Shown here in pieces: positions 9,463 through 18,434 of a stretch of DNA of 64,000 bases. Under the pieces are notes generated by a model that saw nothing but the letters and a program-made list of their open reading frames with translations, was not told the DNA's origin and made no database searches. This DNA is from Micrococcales bacterium (GTDB taxonomy: Bacteria > Actinomycetota > Actinomycetes > Actinomycetales > WQXJ01). The stretch spans positions 12,479-76,478 of the forward strand of contig WQXJ01000001.1 of the NCBI GenBank assembly GCA_009784895.1, written 5' to 3'. The first letter of the stretch is position 1; each line of letters starts with the position of its first letter. Both the position numbers and the translations under genes were made by a program.

Positions 9463-9900
9463 TTAGTGCACTCGGTCCTGGAAGAACTCCCGCATGACCT
9501 GGTGGTCGATCTGGGCCAGTTTGCGGTTGTTGTGACGGAAGTGGCCCCGAGCCTTGATGAAGGGCCGTTCGTGGTGAGTCATCAGGGATAGTTCACGTCC
9601 GGTTAGGTGACCATAGGTGGCCAAAACCGCACTGATGGTGCGTTTCTCTGGTCCTGTGATCAGATCAGGTTCGCCTGGGATTTGCCCCGGCGGCAGTTGG
9701 AAAAGACCTTGGTGGCAGACCCACAAATCAGGGCAAACCGGGCCGGTGGCCCAGGCTTCAATCGATGAGTCGAAGAGCTCAGCGCCGTCCCAAGCCAGAT
9801 GGTGACCTTGGCAGTAGTAGCAGAGCTTATGCAGCTTGGCGGTTGTCATGGTGCCGTTCTGTTGCAGAATATAGGCCGCCACATCGAGGATCGCTGCCAT
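9463..9900 (-). CDS. Panacea-domain (DUF4065, SocA/PanA-like) antitoxin protein
   Basis: TTAKLHKLCYYCQGHHLAWDGAELFDSSIEAWATGPVCPDLW fits the DUF4065 signature (KLqKLlYy.qg..l....plf...ieAw.yGPV.p.ly). Confidence 0.8.
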   Translation of the reverse strand: MAAILDVAAYILQQNGTMTTAKLHKLCYYCQGHHLAWDGAELFDSSIEAWATGPVCPDLWVCHQGLFQLPPGQIPGEPDLITGPEKRTISAVLATYGHLTGRELSLMTHHERPFIKARGHFRHNNRKLAQIDHQVMREFFQDRVH

Positions 9901-9909
9901 TAGAACCTC

Positions 9910-10203
9910 CTACGCCAGGCGCGCGAATTGGTAGTTACCACCAATCACAACACCGGCCAGGCCCGGCCTATTCCAGCGCGAGCCAGCCTGAACTGCAAAA
10001 TCGGCCCAAGCCGAATCCGCCAGACGCGAAATGGCGCACAGCGCAGGGGAGGGTGGCCATCCGGGCTGTGGTCGCCAGGCGCCTGAGGTGGGTGTAGCCC
10101 CCAATTCCCCCAAACGGACATAATGTCCATTATCGGCGCGAGGTGGTTGGGTGGGTGAATCGGTCAGTATTGGCACGGATCGAGTCGCTGTGAGATTGGT
10201 CAC
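9910..10203 (-). CDS. candidate cognate small ORF (putative toxin), unrecognised; true start may be TTG 10113 or 10104
   Basis: Its TAG stop at 9910-9912 overlaps the GGAGG site 9 nt before the Panacea ATG, suggesting translational coupling. The 3' half has GC3-rich coding-like codons (..PALCAISRLADSAWADFAVQAGSRWNRPGLAGVVIGGNYQFARLA). The 5' half is Pro/Trp-rich and less convincing. Confidence 0.3.
   Translation of the reverse strand: MTNLTATRSVPILTDSPTQPPRADNGHYVRLGELGATPTSGAWRPQPGWPPSPALCAISRLADSAWADFAVQAGSRWNRPGLAGVVIGGNYQFARLA
10116..10133. promoter_or_regulatory. AT-rich overlapping palindromes; candidate operator and -10 region for the small-ORF/Panacea operon
   Basis: GGACA-TAA-TGTCC at 10116-10128 and ATAATG-TC-CATTAT at 10120-10133. 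On the minus strand the region reads GATAATGGACATTAT, with -10-like hexamers. Confidence 0.4.
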
Positions 10204-10431
10204 ACTTTGCTGCCCATATTGCCGTGTCTGTGGCGAGCTGACCTGGAGTTACGGCCCGGCTGCGGCCGGATTCATGGGCCATGGCGGCGAAGCAGTGCCG
10301 ACCGGCGCCCTGGCGGGTTCTGCGCAATGGGATCATTGGACTTTCAATCGGTGACCAGCGGGTCTCGATTGACTGCCGGAGCGTGGCGTTAGGTCTTTCC
10401 ATGGAAAGGCCACGAGAGGAGGCAAAGTCAA

Positions 10432-10782
10432 GTGGCTGAACGTTCGATGCGGGGTGTGGGGCTTGGGTGCCAGTCCTTAGAGAGCAAAGAAGGTGTCAAG
10501 TGGGCCGAGCGTCTCAACTCGACCTATGACTGTCCTGCCGGCCACGTGATCATCTTGCCTCTATTCGTCGAAGCGGTACCACCAGACCACTGGCAATGCC
10601 GCTGTGGCCGGATTGGACACTTGAGGGGCCTGGATAGAACGACCAACCACATAGTCAAGAGGCAACGAACCCATTGGGACATGTTGCTGGAGCGACGGTC
10701 GGTCGAAGAACTCGAGGCGCTGCTAGAAGAGCGCCTCGAGCTTCTGCGCTCAGGGCGTTTGCCCGCCACCACCTGCTACTAG
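10432..10782 (+). CDS. rbpA: RNA polymerase-binding protein RbpA
   Basis: MAERSMRGVGLG..YDCPAGHVI..PDHWQCRCG..RTHWDMLLERRSVEELEALLEERLELLR. GAGAGGAGG lies upstream of the GTG start. Confidence 0.9.
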   Translation: MAERSMRGVGLGCQSLESKEGVKWAERLNSTYDCPAGHVIILPLFVEAVPPDHWQCRCGRIGHLRGLDRTTNHIVKRQRTHWDMLLERRSVEELEALLEERLELLRSGRLPATTCY

Positions 10783-10800
10783 GGGTTACTTCGCCTTGAG

Positions 10801-12516
10801 TCAGCTGGCCTGCCTGGCTGGCTTAGGCGGTCGTGGCGGTGGTGACAGTTGTCGAGAGCGACCATGAACCAAGCCGGTCAGGACTCCGGCTCCGGCCACG
10901 ACCATCAGGGCCCAGCTGATTGGGCCAACAATTCCGCTGGCCGGGGTGCGGCTGGTACGCAGTGGCACAGTGGCGGTGAAGACAGCCGGCTGAAACAGTT
11001 CGGTTTGATGGCTGACTTGGCCACTTGGGCTAATGGCCGCGCTGACTCCAACGGTAGAGGCCTGGATCGTCGCCCGGCCCAGTTCGATGGCTCGCAAGCG
11101 GGACATGGCCAGCTGCTGGGTTGACTCACTGGTCCGGCCGAATGAGGCGTTGTTGGTCTGGACAATGATCAGTTCGGCCCCGCCTTGCACGGTCTGGGCC
11201 ACAAGGGAGTCATAGGCGACCTCGAAGCAGATCACATCACCGACTCGCACGTCGCGTCCAAGGCTCTTGATCGGCACGTCAAACAGGCCAACTGAACTGC
11301 CGGCCAGCATATCGGTGCCGATCAGATCGACCTTGGTGGTGAAGTGGCGAAAGAACGACCGGCCAGGGATGTATTCGGCGAAGGGCGCCGGGTGGCGCTT
11401 GGCGTACTTCGCCACCGGGCCCTGGCCAGGAAGCCAAAGGATGCCCAAGTTGTAGCGATGGGACGTCTCGGTGTACTCCATCGAACCGAGCAGAATCGGC
11501 GCATCGACCAACTGGGCGGCGCTATCGATGGCGGCCCAGGCTTCGGGGTCGGTTTGGGGGTCAATGTCGGTGGCGTTCTCAGGCCAAATAACCAGGTCAA
11601 TCGGCTCGCCGGCCAATTGCTTGGTTCCGGCAACATGGTTGTCTAAGACCTCCCGCTGATGGGCGAAGAGACCTTCATCTGTTACTGCGACGTTGCCTTG
11701 GACCACGCCAAGTCGCAACTGACCCACCTCGGCCGAATCGGTCAAAGGGAACAGAATTGGCGCAGCCACGGCACCAGCAAGTCCAGCGCCAATTACTGCC
11801 ACCAGGCGGAAGCGACGCTGGGCCACAGCCCGGGCCGCAGCGAAAACTAGGGCGCCGGCAAAAGCAACTGACCAGCTGACCCAAGGGCTGCCAGCCAGCC
11901 AGGCCCACCGCCCCATAGGCGAGCCAGCCTGGGAAAAGGCCAACCGGCCCCAGCCGAAGCCGCCAAATGGCACAAAACTGCGCAGAGTATCGACTCCGGC
12001 CACCACGGTGGCGAAAACTGCCGCCGCCAGAATCGGTGCGCCTTTGGCGCCCCGGTCGAATAGGGCCGGGCCTGCCGAGTTGGTCAGTGCCCTAGCCGGC
12101 CTTGGCCCAGATGGACGGCCGGCCGATGGCTTGGCTCTAGCAGTCCTGCCCGGGCGTGGCTGAGCCTCGTTGACAAGCCGGCGGGCCAACGCCCAAGCCG
12201 GCCCCACCAGGGCAAACATCGCGCCGGAGGCTACTGAGAGGGCCAACCAGGGCAGCAGTCCGGCCGCCGCCTGGGCCCACCAAAACAGCGGCAAATAGCA
12301 GGCCGTGGCAAACAACCAAGCAGGCAGGAAGGCCCGTAGCGGCGGCATTCGGTCAAGAGCGGCTACCAACAGGGCGCAGGCCGCTGGAGCCAAGTACCAC
12401 AGGTCGAGAGGAGGAAAAGCAGCAAAACAGGTTACGCCGCCGGCCGCGGCCAGAGACAAGCTGGTCAGCCAGGTCCTGGTGCCGAGCCGATGACTTAGGA
12501 GCTTTGCCACCCGCAC
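10801..12516 (-). CDS. lnt: apolipoprotein N-acyltransferase
   Basis: Multi-TM N-terminal region plus a CN-hydrolase domain (LGVVQGNV, DLVIWPENA, ICFEVAYD). Confidence 0.85.
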   Translation of the reverse strand: MRVAKLLSHRLGTRTWLTSLSLAAAGGVTCFAAFPPLDLWYLAPAACALLVAALDRMPPLRAFLPAWLFATACYLPLFWWAQAAAGLLPWLALSVASGAMFALVGPAWALARRLVNEAQPRPGRTARAKPSAGRPSGPRPARALTNSAGPALFDRGAKGAPILAAAVFATVVAGVDTLRSFVPFGGFGWGRLAFSQAGSPMGRWAWLAGSPWVSWSVAFAGALVFAAARAVAQRRFRLVAVIGAGLAGAVAAPILFPLTDSAEVGQLRLGVVQGNVAVTDEGLFAHQREVLDNHVAGTKQLAGEPIDLVIWPENATDIDPQTDPEAWAAIDSAAQLVDAPILLGSMEYTETSHRYNLGILWLPGQGPVAKYAKRHPAPFAEYIPGRSFFRHFTTKVDLIGTDMLAGSSVGLFDVPIKSLGRDVRVGDVICFEVAYDSLVAQTVQGGAELIIVQTNNASFGRTSESTQQLAMSRLRAIELGRATIQASTVGVSAAISPSGQVSHQTELFQPAVFTATVPLRTSRTPASGIVGPISWALMVVAGAGVLTGLVHGRSRQLSPPPRPPKPARQAS

Positions 12517-12589
12517 AATCTACGGCATCGGCCTATTGCCAAGCCCGCCTAAGCGCCAAAGGTAGCTGCCGGTCGCCAGGTAGAGGACA

Positions 12590-12644
12590 GCCCGCACACC
12601 CTTCGTGCCGACCCAGCGGGTCGTTTTCTACTGGGCGTGCGGGC
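12590..12644. repeat. nested inverted repeats in the helY-lnt spacer (possible RNA structure)
   Basis: gcccgcacaccc (12590-12601) pairs with gggcgtgcgggc (12633-12644) at 11/12 positions. Inside it lies gaccc-agc-gggtc (12610-12622), followed by gttttct. Confidence 0.35.
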
Positions 12645-12752
12645 ACGTCCGAGCGTCCTGTCAGGGAGTTGCTATGACTGGTATAAACCCAATACCGAAA
12701 GCCGAGCCAGGCCGCACCATTCGAATCTACCGATCTGGGCTTGGCCGGACAA

Positions 12753-12768
12753 GACGCTTCGGAGCGTC
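12753..12768 (-). terminator. hairpin just downstream of helY
   Basis: gacgct-tcgg-agcgtc. On the minus strand it is followed by TTGT only, so a weak terminator at best. Confidence 0.3.
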
Positions 12769-12798
12769 ACACGGCGAGTCTCAGTTTTTGGTTGAGGT

Positions 12799-15078
12799 TT
12801 AGGCCGTTGAGGCCGCCACTACGCCCCGGTGTAGGCGGTCGCCGGCGGCCTGACAGCGCCGCGTCAAGTTCATATTCCCGCTGGCCAAGCCGATTTGTTC
12901 AAGGACGTCGATGACCTGTTTGACCAAGCGGACAAAGTCGCCCGGCACCAGGTCGCAGGCCGGCAACACCACGGCCAAATCTCGCCCTGCCGCCCACAGG
13001 GCGACGGCCTGGCAGGCGCCAGGCTGCAGTCCAGGCGTGGCCGGGTGCCGGTTGGCCAGTTCGGCCGCCTCAACTGCCCGCCAAGCCCTTTCGGCCCGTT
13101 TGATGGCCGCGGCCATAACCGGATTGGCCGGGCCTGAAATTGAGGTCGAATCCCCGCGAGGCTCAAAAACCATGGCGGCGACCACCCCGGCCAAGTCTGA
13201 CGGTTTCAAGGAGTCGAAAACGCCGCGGCGAAGGCATTCGGCAATCACCAAATCACGTTCGGAGTAGATCCTGGCCAGAATCTGCCCAGCCTCGGTCACC
13301 TCAAGCAGCTGGTTGGCTGCGTCGGCGCCCTCGGGCCTGGCCAAGTAGCCCAAGGCCAATAGCACCGCTTGGACCTGGTCAAATTGGCGGGCAATGGAAC
13401 CAGTTCGGGTGTCAATCGCCTTCATTAGGCCTTGACGTTTGGCCTGAGCCTTGGCAATTCGATGGGCCCAGCGGGCACCTTGTTGCCCTTGGGCGGCTTG
13501 ATTGTAGCCAGCCAAAGCATGGTCAAGCTGGCGAACTTCGCGAGCCAACTGGGCCACCGATCGGTCAGCCTGGTACTGGGCAAAGGACATCTCCAGCACC
13601 TGCCGGGAGCGTTCGGTGCCCATCATCCGGATCAGATTGACCGCCATGTTGTAGGTCGGTTTGAAGGCGCTGTCCAGGCGGTATGTCCGCTTTGAGGCCA
13701 AGGCCAACAATCGCTGCGGATCGAAACCCCGGTGGGACACCACCACGGCGTGGCCCTGGAAGTCTTGACCCCGGCGGCCGGCCCGCCCGGTCAACTGGGT
13801 GTACTCCCCCGGCGTTAGGTCGGCGTGAGAAGTCCCGTCCCATTTGTCCAACCGGTCCATGACCACGGTTCGGGCCGGCATGTTGATACCCAGGGAGAGG
13901 GTTTCGGTGGCAAATACCACCTTGATTAGCCCCTCCTGAAAGGCCAGTTCAACGGCCTCTTTGAAAATGGGTAGAAGGCCGGCGTGATGAGCCCCAACCC
14001 CTCGGCTGGCGGCCTGAAGCAACTCGGGGTAACCCACCACTGGAAGATCTCCAGGCGGCAAGGTGGCCGCCACCGTCTCGAAAATGCGACGCACCCGTTT
14101 GGCTTCGCCGCTTTGGTTCAGGTCAAGCCCGGACCGCAAACAAGCCGCAACCGCCTGGTCACAGCCAGAGCGGGAAAAGACGAAATAAATGGCCGGAACC
14201 AAGCCAGCCCGGTCCAACACTCGGGCCACTTCGCCTCTGGGCTGGTTGCCGTTGGCGCCACGCCTGGCCCGGGCCGGCCGGCTGCGACCACCTGAGTGGC
14301 CACGGGCCGTGCTTCGTGGCCTGCCACTTGGCCCCGGCCGGCCCGGTTGTCCGCGCAAGGACAACAATTCGGGATTGAGCCTGGCCGGAAGCTCAGCTTT
14401 GGTCGTAGCCACGAACAGGTCCTTTAGCCCACCGGGCGTCATGACGTGCTGGAATAGCGGCACCGGGCGGCGATCTGACACAACCACCTGCATATTGCCG
14501 CGGACCAATTCGAGCCAGCCACCAAACTCCTCGGCGTTGGAGACTGTGGCGCTGAGCGCCACCACCTTCACCGCCGGGGGCAGTTGGATCAAGACTTCCT
14601 CCCAAACCGGGCCGCGGAACCGGTCAGCCAAATAGTGCACCTCATCAACCACCACCAGACCCAGACGGTCGAGCCCGTCGAGGTCGGAGTACATCATGTT
14701 GCGCAGCACTTCGGTGGTCATGACGACTACCTCGGCCTCGGGCCGAATCGACTGGTCACCGGTTAGCAGGCCAACCCGTTTGGCGCCGAAGTAGTCGCAT
14801 AGCTCGCGGTGTTTTTGGTTGGACAGGGCTTTGATCGGCGTGGTGTAGAAACAGCGTTCGCCTCGGCTGACCGCCTGATCCAGTCCAAATAGGGCGACCA
14901 AGGTTTTGCCGGCGCTGGTTGGCGCCGCCACCAGGACTCCCTCATCGCGCAGCAAAGCCCGGCAGGCCTCGAGCTGGAACGGGTCCAGTTCAAGATCCAG
15001 GCTGGCGGCAAAGGCGGCAATCGGCGCCAGGCTTTGACGCTGTCGAAAGGCGGCGTAGGCCCCGGCCGGGTCAGTCAT
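12799..15078 (-). CDS. helY: Ski2-like DEAD/DEAH-box helicase
   Basis: Motifs VAAPTSAGKT, DEVHYLADRFRGPVWEEV, SATVSN and FATETLSLGINMPARTVV. Confidence 0.85.
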   Translation of the reverse strand: MTDPAGAYAAFRQRQSLAPIAAFAASLDLELDPFQLEACRALLRDEGVLVAAPTSAGKTLVALFGLDQAVSRGERCFYTTPIKALSNQKHRELCDYFGAKRVGLLTGDQSIRPEAEVVVMTTEVLRNMMYSDLDGLDRLGLVVVDEVHYLADRFRGPVWEEVLIQLPPAVKVVALSATVSNAEEFGGWLELVRGNMQVVVSDRRPVPLFQHVMTPGGLKDLFVATTKAELPARLNPELLSLRGQPGRPGPSGRPRSTARGHSGGRSRPARARRGANGNQPRGEVARVLDRAGLVPAIYFVFSRSGCDQAVAACLRSGLDLNQSGEAKRVRRIFETVAATLPPGDLPVVGYPELLQAASRGVGAHHAGLLPIFKEAVELAFQEGLIKVVFATETLSLGINMPARTVVMDRLDKWDGTSHADLTPGEYTQLTGRAGRRGQDFQGHAVVVSHRGFDPQRLLALASKRTYRLDSAFKPTYNMAVNLIRMMGTERSRQVLEMSFAQYQADRSVAQLAREVRQLDHALAGYNQAAQGQQGARWAHRIAKAQAKRQGLMKAIDTRTGSIARQFDQVQAVLLALGYLARPEGADAANQLLEVTEAGQILARIYSERDLVIAECLRRGVFDSLKPSDLAGVVAAMVFEPRGDSTSISGPANPVMAAAIKRAERAWRAVEAAELANRHPATPGLQPGACQAVALWAAGRDLAVVLPACDLVPGDFVRLVKQVIDVLEQIGLASGNMNLTRRCQAAGDRLHRGVVAASTA

Positions 15079-15143
15079 GGCCTTGGCCGATGCCGGCCGG
15101 CGACTTTGGCGGCAGGCGGACAGTTGTCGAGGGCCGCCGGTGG

Positions 15144-16094
15144 CTATCGAGGCGCATTTTGCGTCAACCTAACTGGTCGCAGAATCCTGACCGCGCCAGG
15201 TACAACAGTGCAGGTCAGGGGCAGCGGGCCAACTCTCTCACCGTCAGTGTGAGCATCTGGTGGGTTGGCTCCAAGATCGGCTCTCGGCCGGATCGTGACG
15301 CTTTTGCCGGTAAAGAGGTTGACTGCCGGGTGGGACAGATGGGAGCCACCATAGATCCGGGGGAAGACTCGCAGAAGTTGGGCCTTGGTTAGCGGCCCGG
15401 CAACCATCAAGTCAATTAGGCCGTCATCCATCACGGCCTGCGGTGCCAGTTTCATACCGCCGCCAAAGTAGAGTCCGTTGGCCACTGCCACCAGGGCGGC
15501 CGGGCCGGACCAGCACGGCCGCCCATCCAGTTCAACATCAAAGCCGTAGGGCTGGTAGCGGCGCAGCTCGGCAAATAGGGCTCTGACGTAGACAGATTCG
15601 CCGCGCGGCCAGGCCAGGGCGTTGGCCTTGGCGTTGACTGCCGCATCGAAACCGGCCGAAAGTACGCCACAGAACCATTCAGACATTGAATGATGAGGAG
15701 TCGACACTTCAACCGCGTCGACTCGGTAAGGCGGCTGGGCCAAAGCCTGGCAAACGGCATCGGCCCCGGCTTTGGCGCTGCTACGCGGCAAACCGAGCGA
15801 TCGCGCCACGTCGTTGCCGGTGCCCAGCGCGATAATCCCCAACGGTAACGACGTCCCGGCCACCAAGTTGACCCCTAAGTGGACCATACCGTCTCCCCCG
15901 GCCACGACCAGGGCGTCGAGTCCGTCAACGACCGCTTGGCGGGCCGAGGCGGTGGCGCCGGCCAGGTCGGGGGCGGACAGATCGACGACTCGATGGCCCT
16001 GAGCCTCAAAATTGGCCCGCAGGTGGGGCCAACTGCCAGTGGCTTTGCCCTTGCCGGCGGTCGGGTTAAGCACTAACCCTAGGGTTGAGCCCAC
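15144..16094 (-). CDS. diacylglycerol/lipid kinase family protein
   Basis: LVLNPTAGKGKA and GGDGMVHLGVN. The preferred GTG start at 16094 lies 1 nt after the upstream gene's TGA. The track start at 16199 overlaps that gene. Confidence 0.8.
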   Translation of the reverse strand: MGSTLGLVLNPTAGKGKATGSWPHLRANFEAQGHRVVDLSAPDLAGATASARQAVVDGLDALVVAGGDGMVHLGVNLVAGTSLPLGIIALGTGNDVARSLGLPRSSAKAGADAVCQALAQPPYRVDAVEVSTPHHSMSEWFCGVLSAGFDAAVNAKANALAWPRGESVYVRALFAELRRYQPYGFDVELDGRPCWSGPAALVAVANGLYFGGGMKLAPQAVMDDGLIDLMVAGPLTKAQLLRVFPRIYGGSHLSHPAVNLFTGKSVTIRPRADLGANPPDAHTDGERVGPLPLTCTVVPGAVRILRPVRLTQNAPR

Positions 16095-16095
16095 C

Positions 16096-16419
16096 TCACT
16101 CGTCCCGCCAACCGGCCAGGACAGCCCATTGGCGGTAGGTGGATTGGTGGGCGGCCTGGCGCCGCTGGCGCCGCCTGGCCCGGCGATTACGCAGGTCACG
16201 CCGAACCTGGTCGAGTTGGGTTGGGTCTAAGTTGATGGCGACTGGCTGGACCTTAGCGGCGGCGAAGTTGCCACCACCATCCAAGCGTTCAAGTGCACTA
16301 CCTAGTTCCTCCAGCGCCGCCATCAGCGCTTTGGCCTGTCGCCAAAGCCAGCGCAGCGACAATGCCACCGCCACCGCCCAACCAAGCAGCAAGCTTGCCC
16401 AGATGACGAACCACAACAC
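16096..16419 (-). CDS. small membrane protein with a basic C-terminal region
   Basis: N-terminal TM segment MLWFVIWASLLLGWAVAVALSL, then RNRRARRRQRRQ. Packed between pafBC and the lipid kinase gene. Confidence 0.55.
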   Translation of the reverse strand: MLWFVIWASLLLGWAVAVALSLRWLWRQAKALMAALEELGSALERLDGGGNFAAAKVQPVAINLDPTQLDQVRRDLRNRRARRRQRRQAAHQSTYRQWAVLAGWRDE

Positions 16420-16430
16420 GATCCATAACC

Positions 16431-18434
16431 CTACTGGTCCAGCCCAAGGCCGGCTCGCTCAGCCACGGCCTGACGCAGCACAGACGGGGTCAGCACCTCG
16501 ACCTGACCACCCAAGGCCAGGGCCAGGCCACTAAGCCAGGCCTCGGAGGCGACGTTGAGGCGAACCAGCAGGGCACCTGCGTCCAGTTCGACATCGCTGC
16601 CGCTGCGTTCAAGGGCTTCGGCTCGCCAACGCACCGGCGAGTCGAAAACGACATCGGCCAAATACTGGCCAGTCCCGGAAAAGCCACCGGCCTGGTTGCC
16701 AGTGCCCGGATCATGCGACCGACTGGCCTTCTTCAGCTGCCGCGCTTTGACAATTCGGTCAAGGCGGAAGTACCGCTCGTCATCGGCCGTCCGGTCCCAG
16801 GCGGCCAAAAGCCAATGGTTTTGGTCGGCGAATAACCTAAGTGGGTCGACCTGGCGATGGCTGGCCCGGCCTTGGCCGTCAACATAATCAATCGCCAGGG
16901 CCCGGCCATCAACAATGGCGGCACGGGCAGTGGCCAAAACGTCGCTGGCGGGCGGCGCCCAGGGCACCTCGACATCGAGCCCCAGGCCGGCGGCTTCGAA
17001 GGCGGCTTCAAGTTTGGCCAGAGCCGATTTGGCGGCCTCGGCTTGAGGCAGGTTCCTAGCCTTCAACCAACCCCTGAGCGTGGCCATAAGCACGGCGGCC
17101 TCGGTTGTTGTCAACCGAACTGGCTGGTCAAGCAGTTGGGCGTCTTGCAGGGCAACTTCCGTTTCATCCTCGTTGAAGTGGAAGTCGACCATGTCACCAC
17201 CAGCCAAACCGGGCCTTCCAGTGCAGGTCCAAAGCAGGTAGAGCCAGGAGCGGATCTCTTCGGGGCTTTGGTCAAAGTGACGCCCAAGCTCATCGAGAGA
17301 AACCTGCCCGCGGTTGGCTAGATAGTTGACCAGGGCGAGCATCTCCCCGACTCGCTGGCTGGTGGAATCCACCCGGCGCGAGCGTGGCGGCTTTGGCGAA
17401 GCAATTGACCGGCTTATCTCTTTTGGTTTGCCTTGATGGCGGTTGAAGGCGGCGCGGCAAAGCTGCTCGACCATCTGGGCCAGCTCGGTTGGGGATTCGA
17501 CCTTGGCAGCCGGGGCTAGGGCGGCTAGTTCACGGCTGGCGGCCACCAAATCATCGACCTGCCAGACTGCTTCTGCCACCAGCCCAGCCCCAGGCGCATC
17601 GCCTGGGTGAGGCGCAGGCTGTTTGAGGGGCCTAATGGCAGCGCCTTTGAGTTTGAGTAGTCTGGCGGCTTCGGCACTGACAAAAACGCGGGCCTGGCTG
17701 GGCGATGCCGGCAAGCCATCCGGCCCGGCCTGGCCCGGAAGATCATCGATGGCGCCGGCCCGGACAGCTGCAAAGCTGCCAGGGGGTCCTTGGGCGGTGA
17801 CGGGACCGGCCAGCCGGTCAAGCTTGAAGGTCCGCCTGGCGCCGGCGCTGCGGTCATAGCCGGTCAAATACCAGCCAGTGGTCCTCCTCATCAGACGCCA
17901 CGGCTCAACCTGACGCCGTTTGATCTGGCCGGTCGAAGCGGTGCGGTAGTCGAAGGCGACCGCCTGTCGGGTCTGGATGGCTTGCCACAACTGGCCGGTG
18001 ACGTGACCGGCGGGGTCAAGATTCAGGTCAACTGAGCCAGAACCGCCTTCAACTCCAAGGGCCCGCAATTTGGTCAAGGCGGCTTGGGCCGTCTCGTCCA
18101 ATCCGCCGCCGCGCCAGGCCCGGGCGGCCAAAGCCAGGATGGCTCCTTCTTCTGCGGTGAAGTCAACCGGTGCCATGTCGTAGCCATCGGGGTCAATCGT
18201 GTAGCGCTCTGAGCCGGCAAAGCCAGCCTCGGGCAGGGTGCGCAAACCGAGTCCCATTTCCCGCAGCAACGTTTTGTCCCGGTCGAACATTTTGTCGCCA
18301 GCTGGGCCAGCGGCGTAACCCTGGATCTTGGCGAAAACTGCCTGCTTGGTCAGGCCATGTTTTGATTCGCGCAGGGCCACCACCAGGTTGATTAGACGGA
18401 CGGCCGGGTCCTGCTCTGCTTGCACGCTCTCCAC
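16431..18434 (-). CDS. pafBC: fused PafB-PafC type HTH/WYL transcriptional regulator
   Basis: Two tandem halves. The N-terminal half has RLINLVVALRESKHGLT..FDRDKTLLREMGLGL and WYLTGYD. The second half has MLALVNYLANRGQVSLDELGRHF..LTTTEAAVLMATLR and WLLAAWD. Confidence 0.75.
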   Translation of the reverse strand: MESVQAEQDPAVRLINLVVALRESKHGLTKQAVFAKIQGYAAGPAGDKMFDRDKTLLREMGLGLRTLPEAGFAGSERYTIDPDGYDMAPVDFTAEEGAILALAARAWRGGGLDETAQAALTKLRALGVEGGSGSVDLNLDPAGHVTGQLWQAIQTRQAVAFDYRTASTGQIKRRQVEPWRLMRRTTGWYLTGYDRSAGARRTFKLDRLAGPVTAQGPPGSFAAVRAGAIDDLPGQAGPDGLPASPSQARVFVSAEAARLLKLKGAAIRPLKQPAPHPGDAPGAGLVAEAVWQVDDLVAASRELAALAPAAKVESPTELAQMVEQLCRAAFNRHQGKPKEISRSIASPKPPRSRRVDSTSQRVGEMLALVNYLANRGQVSLDELGRHFDQSPEEIRSWLYLLWTCTGRPGLAGGDMVDFHFNEDETEVALQDAQLLDQPVRLTTTEAAVLMATLRGWLKARNLPQAEAAKSALAKLEAAFEAAGLGLDVEVPWAPPASDVLATARAAIVDGRALAIDYVDGQGRASHRQVDPLRLFADQNHWLLAAWDRTADDERYFRLDRIVKARQLKKASRSHDPGTGNQAGGFSGTGQYLADVVFDSPVRWRAEALERSGSDVELDAGALLVRLNVASEAWLSGLALALGGQVEVLTPSVLRQAVAERAGLGLDQ

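Noticed and set aside
10130-10402. 90-aa minus-strand ORF as the toxin partner of the Panacea gene
   Set aside because: It is out of frame and uncoupled from the antitoxin, and its stop falls inside the palindromic operator. Its codon third positions are not GC-biased like real genes here. It also occupies the expected rbpA promoter and leader region.
12605-12802. 65-aa plus-strand ORF in the helY-lnt spacer
   Set aside because: It has no RBS, poor composition, runs through the inverted repeats and overlaps the helY stop. It is treated as non-coding.
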